Of a stretch of 64,000 bases of DNA, positions 55,853-63,584 are shown one piece after another. A model generated the notes under the pieces. That model ran no database searches, was not told where the DNA came from, and saw only the letters and a list, made by a program, of their open reading frames with translations. How positions within the stretch are numbered: the first letter of the stretch is position 1; every line of letters starts with the position of its first letter. This DNA is from Longimicrobiales bacterium. GTDB lineage: Bacteria; Gemmatimonadota; Gemmatimonadetes; Longimicrobiales; Gaopeijiaceae. The position numbers and the translations under genes are program-made. The stretch lies in contig CBDANQ010000058.1 of the NCBI GenBank assembly GCA_965197725.1, forward strand, positions 28,268 through 92,267, in the 5' to 3' direction.

Positions 55853-56250
55853 GGTGGGTACTCCACGTTTAGGATCAACCGTGCTGGGAAGAGCCAAGCC
55901 CCATAACACGATGCAAAGGAGGCGCTCCATAGTCGAGAAGGCTTCTTCTGCTGTCTAACCAATGATCGGATCGCGTCCTGCGCTTCAGGATGGGAGATAT
56001 GGCGGCTCGAACGCAAGGCGGGTCCGGGGGAACCCGCACCTTTGCTGACGTTCGGTACCGGCTGATGCGGCGATCATCGATTTTCCGCGGGAACTGCGGC
56101 CGGGTGCCGGTGGTCGACGGACGGCTCTTGGTCAGACGCTTCGTCCCATGAATCGATCGCCTCCATGGCCGCAGCCTCGATCGCCCAGGGAATGTCCCAA
56201 TCCCTAATTCCACCTGGCGGGGAGGAAACCCTTGCCCCGCTTTCGTGCAT

Positions 56251-56262
56251 GAACATATGTTT
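56251..56262. promoter_or_regulatory. candidate LexA (Cheo-type GAAC-N4-GTTC) operator upstream of ku
   Basis: GAACATATGTTT matches 11 of 12 positions of the palindrome GAACATATGTTC. It lies 9-20 nt upstream of the ku ATG (56271). I found no other GAAC-N4-GTT site in intergenic DNA by eye. Confidence 0.3.
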
Positions 56263-56270
56263 TCCGCACC

Positions 56271-57146
56271 ATGGCAGCGCGCGCAATCGGAACGTCAACC
56301 ATCGCCTTCGGGCTGGTCTCCCTCCCCGTGAAGATCTACTCGACGGGCGAGTCGTCTCGGAAAGTCTCCTTCAACATGATCTGGAAGGAGCGAGGCGTCC
56401 GCGTCCGGCAGCAGTACATCGACCCTGCGGACGGCACGGTCGTGCCCAAAGAAGAGATCGTAAAGGGGTACGAGTTCGCGAAGGGGCAGTACGTGCTCTT
56501 CACGAAGGAAGAGCTCGAGGTCGTCGAGGCTCCGAAGTCCGACGAGATCGAGATCGTCAGCTTCGTGCCCGCAGATACCGTGGGGCGCTTGTACTTCAAC
56601 AAGGCGTACTACCTCGGGCCGGACAAGGGCGGCGCGCGCGCGTATCGCCTGCTTTCCACGGCGCTGCGCAAGACCGAGCGCGTCGCGATCGCCAAGCACG
56701 CGACACGGGGTAAGCAGTATATCGTCATGATCCGCCCGCACGACGAAGGCCTGCTCCTGGAGCAGCTCTACTACGCGGAGGAGATCCGCCTCTTCGACGA
56801 GGTGCCACTCGAAGAAGGCGACGTGAACGAGGCCGAGCTCACCCTCGCGATCCAGTTGATCGACCAGGCAGCCAATGACGACTTCGACTCGACGCAGTTC
56901 AAGGACGAGGTGCGAGAGAAGACGCTCGAGCTGATCCAGTCCAAGGTGGACGGGCAGGAGATCACCGCCGCGCCTGTCGAGGAATCGAAGACCCAGATCA
57001 TCGATCTCATGGCCGCTCTCAAGGCCTCCATCGAGGAGGACGAGGAGGAGCGCAAACCGGCGGCACGCGCCGGAAAGAAGAAGACCGCTGCCAAGAAGTC
57101 GTCGGGAGGCAAGAAGTCCACGCGCAAGAGAGCCGCGTCGGGCTGA
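56271..57146 (+). CDS. ku: Ku protein (non-homologous end joining)
   Basis: The N-terminus (AIGTSTIAFGLVSLPVKIYS, then VKGYEFAKGQYVLFTKEEL and YFNKAYYLGPDKGGARAYRLL) matches the bacterial Ku core. The C-terminal tail is Lys-rich. Confidence 0.9.
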   Translation: MAARAIGTSTIAFGLVSLPVKIYSTGESSRKVSFNMIWKERGVRVRQQYIDPADGTVVPKEEIVKGYEFAKGQYVLFTKEELEVVEAPKSDEIEIVSFVPADTVGRLYFNKAYYLGPDKGGARAYRLLSTALRKTERVAIAKHATRGKQYIVMIRPHDEGLLLEQLYYAEEIRLFDEVPLEEGDVNEAELTLAIQLIDQAANDDFDSTQFKDEVREKTLELIQSKVDGQEITAAPVEESKTQIIDLMAALKASIEEDEEERKPAARAGKKKTAAKKSSGGKKSTRKRAASG

Positions 57147-57168
57147 TTCCCCCTCTGCCGCAGAGGGG

Positions 57169-58011
57169 ATGAAGGGCTACACGACCCGCGAGGTCGCGGA
57201 GGTCCTGGGTCTCTCTACCTCAAAGATTCTGTCCTGGACCAGGAGCGGACTGCTCACGCCCCAACGCGGCCCCCGCGGCGCGTATCTGTTCTCGTTCCAG
57301 GACATCGTGCTGCTGCGCACCGCACGTGACCTGCTCGCCCAAGACGTGTCCGCGCGGCGCGTCCGCGAGGCGCTCGAGGCACTGCGGGAACAGCTCCCTG
57401 TGGGACGCCCGCTCAGCGCGGTGCACGTCTCGGCTGCCGGAGACCGAATCCTCGTGCAGGATGACGACGCTGTCTGGGAGCCGAACTCCGGCCAACTACA
57501 GATCGACTTCGATGCGGCCGACGTAGCGGAGAAGGCGGCGCCGGTGGCCCGCCGAGCATTGGAGGCGCGCGCCAACCAGGACAGCATGAGCGCCGACGAC
57601 TGGTTCAACACCGCGCTGGACCTCGAAGCAGTGACCAGCGACGAGGCGATCGCTGCCTACCAGAAGGCACTCACCCTGGAAGCCGACCACGGCGACGCGC
57701 ACTTGAACCTAGGTCGGCTCCTGCACGAAGGCGGGCAGGTCCGGGAAGCCGAGTCGCACTACCGCAGCGCTACCGACGCCGACCCTGACAGCAGCCGCGC
57801 CTTCTACAACTTGGGCGTGGCACTCGACGATCAGGGACTACGATCGGGCGCGATCGAGGCGTACCAGGCCGCGCTACGGCTCGACGCGGACCTGGCCGTC
57901 GCGCACTTCAACCTGTCGCGGCTCTTCGAGGCGGAGGGGCGGCGGCCGGACGCTCTCCAGCACCTCGCCCAGTACAAGCGGCTCATTGAGCGCGGGGGTC
58001 TAGGAGCCTAG
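57169..58011 (+). CDS. MerR-type HTH protein fused to TPR repeats
   Basis: MerR-like HTH: YTTREVAEVLGLSTSKILSWTRSGLL. The C-terminal half has TPR-like repeats (AIAAYQKALTLEADHGDAHLNLGRLL, AESHYRSATDADPDSSRAFYNLGVAL, AIEAYQAALRLDADLAVAHFNLSRLF). The stop TAG lies in the CTAG at the IS boundary. Confidence 0.8.
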   Translation: MKGYTTREVAEVLGLSTSKILSWTRSGLLTPQRGPRGAYLFSFQDIVLLRTARDLLAQDVSARRVREALEALREQLPVGRPLSAVHVSAAGDRILVQDDDAVWEPNSGQLQIDFDAADVAEKAAPVARRALEARANQDSMSADDWFNTALDLEAVTSDEAIAAYQKALTLEADHGDAHLNLGRLLHEGGQVREAESHYRSATDADPDSSRAFYNLGVALDDQGLRSGAIEAYQAALRLDADLAVAHFNLSRLFEAEGRRPDALQHLAQYKRLIERGGLGA

Positions 58012-59429
58012 CAGTCCGTGGAAGAAATAGGTTCCCAGCGGATGATGGGTGGGAGAGAAGGCAGACACGCGGGGGCTGTGTTGTTGTGCAAGAAGCGGGT
58101 TTTGGGGTCTGACGAGGCGATATTCGGCCCAAGGAAGGCGAAATAGCGCCGAATACGGCGGAAAAAGCGCGAGACGCGGGTTGTAACCTGAGTTGCGAGC
58201 GCAGCTTGTACGGTAGCGAGGCCCTGTAACGCACGGGGGGTTCCAACCCCGAACCGCTTGCGCATGAGAAGGCCGAGGTTGAAGGCCGCCGCGTGGATCA
58301 ACATCCGTTTTCGAATCTCCTCCTGGCCCCGTATGTGGACGCGACGCAGCCCTCCGGTCACAAGCAAGTGCGCAAACCCCCGCTCCACCTTCTCGCCGCG
58401 CTGGCGCAGCAGCCGCATCCCCCGGTTGCCGCGGATCCGGCGGCGGTTGTCGTAGGTCGGCGTCTGCGCGTCCCGGTTGTTCTTCCATTTCCGGCGCCCG
58501 CGGTTGGGCTCGCTCACATAGCTGCGCAGCTCCCGCTCCTTCACGCCCGTCATGGTCTTGTTCGAGTGGTAGCCTTTGTCGGCCACCACTTCCTCGGGCT
58601 CTACCTGCACTACTTCCAGCTGCCGCTCTGCCTCGTCCAGCGTGTTGGGCAGCGACGCCACATCTCCCCCGTCCATCGTCTGCACCGTCACCGCCACAAG
58701 CGCACCGGTCTCCATGTCGACCGCCTGCTCCAACTTGTGCGCCAGGCGCGTCCTGCCGTCCTTCATCTTCGTGATCCGCGCCTCCGGGTCGTGCGGATGC
58801 ACCCAGTCCTTGTTCGAGCCCTTCTTCGGACGCTTCCGGTCCAGCGTCGTCAGATCCTTGCGCGTCGGCGTCTCGATCCCCGACGCCCGGGCCACCTGCT
58901 CCAGCCATTCATCGTAGCCCAACCCGTCGTCGCGCCGCACGATCGTGCGCATCGCCGCATTCGCCTCCAGCGTCGTCGAGTCGACGCCCAGCGTCTTGCC
59001 GCTCAGCAACCCCGACCCCTTCAGCAGCTCCAGCACCCGCCCGAACACCGCCGCGTGCGCTTCCACGCTCAGGCGCTTGCGCGTCTTCGACAGGGTCGAA
59101 TGCTCCGGCGGGTTCTTCGCCCACCCGTATCCCAGAAACTCACGCAACGACAACGAGTCCCCACACCGCCAGGCAATGCCCCGCTCCGAGCCGATCCCTT
59201 CCAGGTAGCCCACCATCATCATTCGGAAATACACCCCGGGAGCAATCCCCGGCCGACCCCGATTGTCCGCGTAGAACTCACGGCATGCCTCTTCCGCGAA
59301 CTCGTCAAACCCGCTTTTCGCCAGAAGCTCGTTCAAGGCCCGGTAGAACGGGTTGTCCAAGGCCCGAATCTCGCTCGCCACCACGAACATCTCGCCCTGC
59401 CGAGCCTCGGGCCGCTTGCCTACCGCCAT
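58008..59429 (-). CDS. IS5/IS1182 family transposase
   Basis: Same protein as copy A with one substitution (P>Q near the C-terminus) and one synonymous change. The ORF-track extension to 59609 exists only because a T>G change removes the upstream stop, and it reads out of the element. Confidence 0.85.
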   Translation of the reverse strand: MAVGKRPEARQGEMFVVASEIRALDNPFYRALNELLAKSGFDEFAEEACREFYADNRGRPGIAPGVYFRMMMVGYLEGIGSERGIAWRCGDSLSLREFLGYGWAKNPPEHSTLSKTRKRLSVEAHAAVFGRVLELLKGSGLLSGKTLGVDSTTLEANAAMRTIVRRDDGLGYDEWLEQVARASGIETPTRKDLTTLDRKRPKKGSNKDWVHPHDPEARITKMKDGRTRLAHKLEQAVDMETGALVAVTVQTMDGGDVASLPNTLDEAERQLEVVQVEPEEVVADKGYHSNKTMTGVKERELRSYVSEPNRGRRKWKNNRDAQTPTYDNRRRIRGNRGMRLLRQRGEKVERGFAHLLVTGGLRRVHIRGQEEIRKRMLIHAAAFNLGLLMRKRFGVGTPRALQGLATVQAALATQVTTRVSRFFRRIRRYFAFLGPNIASSDPKTRFLHNNTAPACLPSLPPIIRWEPISSTDC

Positions 59430-59510
59430 CGCCGTCCTCGCTGCAAAAACCCTCGTGTCCTCCTGATTTAACACAACAGCGATGACCGGACTTGATCCAC
59501 GGTCTGCTAG
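58008..59510 (-). mobile_element. IS5/IS1182-type insertion sequence, copy B (1503 bp)
   Basis: Same length, orientation and ends as copy A, offset by exactly 31360 bp, with 3 mismatches. It is flanked by CTAG on both sides. Confidence 0.9.
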
Positions 59511-60013
59511 GCGTCCTCCCGCAACGCCATCACCTTCTCCGCCGGACCGAGCAGGCCGAGCGACTTTCGGATCGCGCCGAGTGCGCCCAGATGGTATCCC
59601 TCGTGCCAAGCGAAAAAGACGACCTGGTCGCGCAGAGACCTCTCGTCGTGGGCTCCACCCTCGGAGACGTAGTCAAGATCTTCCTCGGACTTCGATGCGA
59701 GCGCGTTCCGGAAGTCGTCACCAACTGATTGCCACGCCTCGCGCAACTCCGCGACCGACGGATAGTCGCTGCCGTCGGTGGCGGCGGCGTTGCCGAACTT
59801 CTCGTCGTACGGGTTCTCCCGTTCCTCGCCGAGCAGGTTCACCACGTAGATCCGGTAGTGCAGAAGGTGACCAACCGTCCACACGATCGAAGGGCCTTCC
59901 TCACCGCGTGATCGCTTCCGCGCGTCCTCGTCGCTCAGGTCGTCCAAGACCAGCGGCATGAGGAAGTCGGTCATCCCGTACAGTCCCATGAGCGCTTTGA
60001 CACTGCCTGTCAT
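59507..60013 (-). CDS. DinB family protein
   Basis: 168 aa with a DinB-like His triad context (VWTVGHLLHY ... FFAWHEGYHLGALGAI). The stop codon (CTA on the plus strand, 59507-59509) lies in the CTAG at the IS boundary. Confidence 0.8.
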   Translation of the reverse strand: MTGSVKALMGLYGMTDFLMPLVLDDLSDEDARKRSRGEEGPSIVWTVGHLLHYRIYVVNLLGEERENPYDEKFGNAAATDGSDYPSVAELREAWQSVGDDFRNALASKSEEDLDYVSEGGAHDERSLRDQVVFFAWHEGYHLGALGAIRKSLGLLGPAEKVMALREDA

Positions 60014-60040
60014 GTCCAGCCTCCTGTCATGTCCAGCCTC
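60007..60040. repeat. perfect 2 x 17 bp tandem duplication covering the DinB start codon region
   Basis: CTGTCATGTCCAGCCTC occurs at 60007-60023 and again at 60024-60040. On the coding strand this duplicates GAGGCTGGACATGACAG, which contains the SD-like GAGG and the ATG. Confidence 0.9.
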
Positions 60041-60055
60041 CTCGCTTGTCAGTCC

Positions 60056-61600
60056 CTACTTGACCCCAACCGTGAGCTTCTTCACGAACGGGCTTGCCAT
60101 CAACGCGAAGACCGTGATTCCGCCGGTGATCATCGTGACGGTCCGGAACAAGTCACCGAACGCCATCGTTTCGACGCGCCCACCCACGAGGCCCGCGAAC
60201 ACATTGCCCAGCGCAGCGCCCACGAACCAGATCCCCATCATCTGACCGACGCGCCGTTCCGGCGACAGCTTCGTGATGGCCGAAAGTCCGATCGGGGAGA
60301 TGCACAGCTCACCGACGGTGTGCAGGAAGTAGGTGACTACCAGCCACGCGGGCGACACCAGATCGCCGTTCGACGCGTTCGCGGCGCCCCATGCCATGAC
60401 GAAGAAGCCCGCGCTGAGCCCCACGAGGCCGAGCCCCGCCTTCAGCGGAAGCGACGGGTTCTTTTGGCGGCTGTCGAGCCACACCCAGACCATACCGAAC
60501 ACGGGCGCTAACAAGATGATGAAGCCCGCGTTCACCGTCTGGAACCACGACACCGGCAATTCGTCGGGCCCGATATTCGTGAACGGGATCTTGAGCGCGA
60601 AATCCCTGAAGGTGGCGTCCCGGGCGAAGAGGGTGAACGACGTGCCAGCCTGCTCGAAGCCGGCCCAGAAGACGGCGATCAAGAGGAAGAGCCAGAAGAT
60701 GACCGCCATCCTCTTGTTCTCTTCAACGGTGTGCCCACCCCAGGTCCATATGTACAGGAAGTAGAGCGCGACCATGATGAGCACGCCGGTCCCCAACCAT
60801 GTTGTGATCTGGGTGAGCGTCACCGGAATCGTCCCGTTCGATACGAGCAGCCCGAACAGCGCGATCACGGCGACCACGCCGAAGAACGTCCCGAAGAACT
60901 CCCTCTCCTTCGCGGCTACCCGATCCGGAGTGTCATCGGTCTTGAGCTTGCCGATGTCGCCGAGCCTCTCCATGCCAGTGCGGTACTGAGTGAGGCCGAT
61001 GACCATGCCCACACCGGCCGCGCCGAAGCCCCAGTGCCAGTTGTATCCCTCAGCGAGCCAGCCAGTGACGAGCGGACCGAGGAGCGCGCCGAGGTTGATC
61101 CCCATGTAGAAGACCGAGAAGCCCGCGTCCCGACGCGCCCCACCCTCCGGATAGAGCTCTCCAACGACAGTGCTGACGTTCGGCTTGAGCAGCCCCGTCC
61201 CACAGATAATGAAGACGAGCCCGAGGAAGAACGTGAACGTGCTCGGGATCGCCATCGTGAAGTGGCCCGCGGCGATGATCCAGCCACCGACCCAGATGGC
61301 CTTGCGCTGACCCCATAGGTTGTCGGCGACCCAACCACCCGGCAGCGCGAGGATGTACACCAGGCCGGTGTACAGACCGTAGATCGCTCCCGCCGTCGCG
61401 ACGTCGTACCCCAGGCCGGGATTGGTACCAATTGTGGCGGTCGTCATGAAAAGCGTGAGCAACGCGCGCATGCCGTAGTACGAAAAGCGCTCCCACATCT
61501 CGGTGAAGAAGAGCGTCGACAGACCCTGTGGATGCCCGAAGAAGGTCTTTTGGCCGAGGTCCGGATGCTGTGGTCCTCCGATTGCGGTCCCGGTGCTCAA
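60056..61600 (-). CDS. proton-dependent oligopeptide transporter (POT/PTR2 family)
   Basis: 514 aa with the PTR2 signature FFGHPQGLSTLFFTEMWERFSYYGMRALLTLFM and about 14 TM segments. Confidence 0.9.
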   Translation of the reverse strand: MSTGTAIGGPQHPDLGQKTFFGHPQGLSTLFFTEMWERFSYYGMRALLTLFMTTATIGTNPGLGYDVATAGAIYGLYTGLVYILALPGGWVADNLWGQRKAIWVGGWIIAAGHFTMAIPSTFTFFLGLVFIICGTGLLKPNVSTVVGELYPEGGARRDAGFSVFYMGINLGALLGPLVTGWLAEGYNWHWGFGAAGVGMVIGLTQYRTGMERLGDIGKLKTDDTPDRVAAKEREFFGTFFGVVAVIALFGLLVSNGTIPVTLTQITTWLGTGVLIMVALYFLYIWTWGGHTVEENKRMAVIFWLFLLIAVFWAGFEQAGTSFTLFARDATFRDFALKIPFTNIGPDELPVSWFQTVNAGFIILLAPVFGMVWVWLDSRQKNPSLPLKAGLGLVGLSAGFFVMAWGAANASNGDLVSPAWLVVTYFLHTVGELCISPIGLSAITKLSPERRVGQMMGIWFVGAALGNVFAGLVGGRVETMAFGDLFRTVTMITGGITVFALMASPFVKKLTVGVK

Positions 61601-61948
61601 ATCGGTCTCCCGTAGTCTGATTTCAGTCTGAAACGGCCGCTAACGTAAGGGCCACGCCATGCAGCACGCCAACCACTCCAAACCATTTGACGCTTCCCGC
61701 TGTCAAAGATCGCACTCCACTTGTTCTTCGAGAGGAACCGCGCTCCGCGGGCGAGCGGCAACTCGGGATCGAGCGGGACCAGTGGGCCCGGCTATCGCTG
61801 GCGGTCGATCGAATCATGGGGACGGCGTGAGGCGAGGAGAGAGCGCTTCTTACGCTGATGGCACCCGTGGCGGCTGTCTCGCGTAGGACTAGTAGTGGAG
61901 CCTCGACTTCACGCACCGTCGGTCACAAGCTCATTTGGAGAGAACCCC

Positions 61949-62125
61949 ATGGCAGGCATCGTCGAGTTCCTTCTGGCGAACCCGCTCTTCCTCATCCCTC
62001 TGCTGCTCTTGGCAGCGGTGATGCTCTACGCACTCTTGAAGAAGCTGCTCAAGATGGCCGCGATCGTTGTGATCGCAGGAGCGCTCTACATGATACTCGT
62101 GGAGTACTTCGGGGCGGGATTATAG
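61949..62125 (+). CDS. small two-TM membrane protein (hypothetical)
   Basis: The ATG at 61949 is preceded by GGAGAG. The product is MAGIVEFLLANPLFLIPLLLLAAVMLYALLKKLLKMAAIVVIAGALYMILVEYFGAGL. Confidence 0.4.
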   Translation: MAGIVEFLLANPLFLIPLLLLAAVMLYALLKKLLKMAAIVVIAGALYMILVEYFGAGL

Positions 62126-62159
62126 GAAATAGTGGCCCGCCACCCACCGGAATAGCTTT

Positions 62160-63020
62160 CTAGAAGATCAGCCTCCGCTGGATGTTGAATCCGGCCCGCC
62201 ACTCACCGGGCGTAAATTCAAGCTCCGTGCCGCCGAGGACCTGCGTCGGATTCAGGCTCCGTTGGTTGGATAACACCACTTTGAAAAAGTGCCCGCGGGT
62301 CTCGATCTCGATACCAAACGACCCGCTGTCGTGGGCCTGCGCTGCGCCCCGGTCCTCGCTGATGATCCACTCGCCCAGGAAGCTCACCCTGTCCGAGAGG
62401 TAGAGCTGGCCATGCAGACCGAGCACGAATACGGTCTCTGAGTCAGCATCCTCGATGGTGGGATTGCGGAGGACCGTAGGCACGACCCCCACGGCTAGGC
62501 GCTCGCCCAACAGCGTGTTAAACATCAGCTGGGCGTAGTGCTGAGATTCGTTGTCGTCGGCGCCCGCGCCGGTAGGCGCTTCGGTGTTCCAGGCGATGCC
62601 ACCCATCAAGCCGATCATCACCGGCACCGCGTCGGAGCCTCCTTCGAAGACCCGCGCCTTCGCGTTCAGCTCGACGTTGTCGCTGAAGTTCGAGCGCAGC
62701 ACGCCAAGCATCACACGATCGGACGCGGCGTACGCGAGCCCCAGCCGGTTTCTCACCGGTCCGTCGAAGCCCCACAGCACGTCCGCCCCGTTCGCCACGG
62801 GTGGGAAAAACCGATGAGATATCTCGAAGAGCCACCGTCCCTTCTGCAGCGTCTCCGCTGTTGGGAGATTAGCGGACTGGGGCGAGTGGAAGATGATCTG
62901 GGCGTGCACAGTGGACCGCGCGTCCGCCAGCAGCAGGACCGCCAGCAGTACTCCGATCGTGACGGCCGAGGACTTGCCGACTCGAGCCGCCACGATCGTT
63001 TTCCTGTCGAATCTAGTCAT
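62160..63020 (-). CDS. outer-membrane beta-barrel protein, DUF5777-like
   Basis: ATG at 63020 (MTRFDRKTIVAARVGKSSAVTIGVLLAVLLLADARSTVHAQ, a signal peptide). It contains LFEISHRF...WGFDGPVRNRLGLAYAASDRVMLGVLRS, has an alternating beta pattern and ends in a terminal F. The ORF-track start at 63362 is over-extended. Confidence 0.6.
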   Translation of the reverse strand: MTRFDRKTIVAARVGKSSAVTIGVLLAVLLLADARSTVHAQIIFHSPQSANLPTAETLQKGRWLFEISHRFFPPVANGADVLWGFDGPVRNRLGLAYAASDRVMLGVLRSNFSDNVELNAKARVFEGGSDAVPVMIGLMGGIAWNTEAPTGAGADDNESQHYAQLMFNTLLGERLAVGVVPTVLRNPTIEDADSETVFVLGLHGQLYLSDRVSFLGEWIISEDRGAAQAHDSGSFGIEIETRGHFFKVVLSNQRSLNPTQVLGGTELEFTPGEWRAGFNIQRRLIF

Positions 63021-63389
63021 GCGCCGCTCCAGTGTTGATCCAGTTCTTGATGTTCGTGAGGTCGATATTGTCCAACGGTCACCGCGTGCTCCGGGAATCG
63101 GAAGAGGACTACCTACAAGACCTAGGACGATCAAGCAGCTGCGGCACCCACACCAGGTCAAGATGGCGGTGATCGCGGGCACGCTGTTCTTGCGTAGGCG
63201 ACACACCGGCTTGCTGTCGTGAACGCTTAGGACCTCCGACGCGGTCTTTCCGACTTCCAGGTCCAGCTTCATCCCACCCACCTCCTTCAACATGCTTCGA
63301 GGTCCTCGGATCGATCGGCCCCGCATTAGCGTCTCCTTGCTGAAGCGATGGATGCACGACAATCATCCGGGTAGTGCGTCGCCGCCGCC

Positions 63390-63538
63390 ACCGCCCCCAA
63401 CACTTTCGTGAGATGAGCACGGAAACGCTGAAGTCCTTGGTCGAGGACACGCGTCTTCGTTCGACGGTGTATCACCATGCGCTCGGGGTCGTCGGAGAGA
63501 TCACGCGGTGGAACTTCCCGATGTCGATGCCGGTTTAG
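63390..63538 (+). pseudogene. short aldehyde dehydrogenase gene fragment
   Basis: The frame reads ...HFREMSTETLKSLVEDTRLRSTVYHHALGVVGEITRWNFPMSMPV*. This contains the ALDH hallmark (P)LGVVGxIxPWNFP. Only about 45 codons are present, with no start and no catalytic region. Confidence 0.4.
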
Positions 63539-63584
63539 ATGAGCGTACCATCGAACGACGACCCGTTATCCGGAACATGAATAC

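Noticed and set aside
58008-59609. The 533-aa version of the transposase ORF in IS copy B extends 60 codons beyond copy A's ORF.
   Set aside because: The extension exists only because the T>G mismatch at 59494 removes an upstream stop, and it reads out of the element into flanking DNA. The conserved ATG with an SD-like sequence is at 59429.
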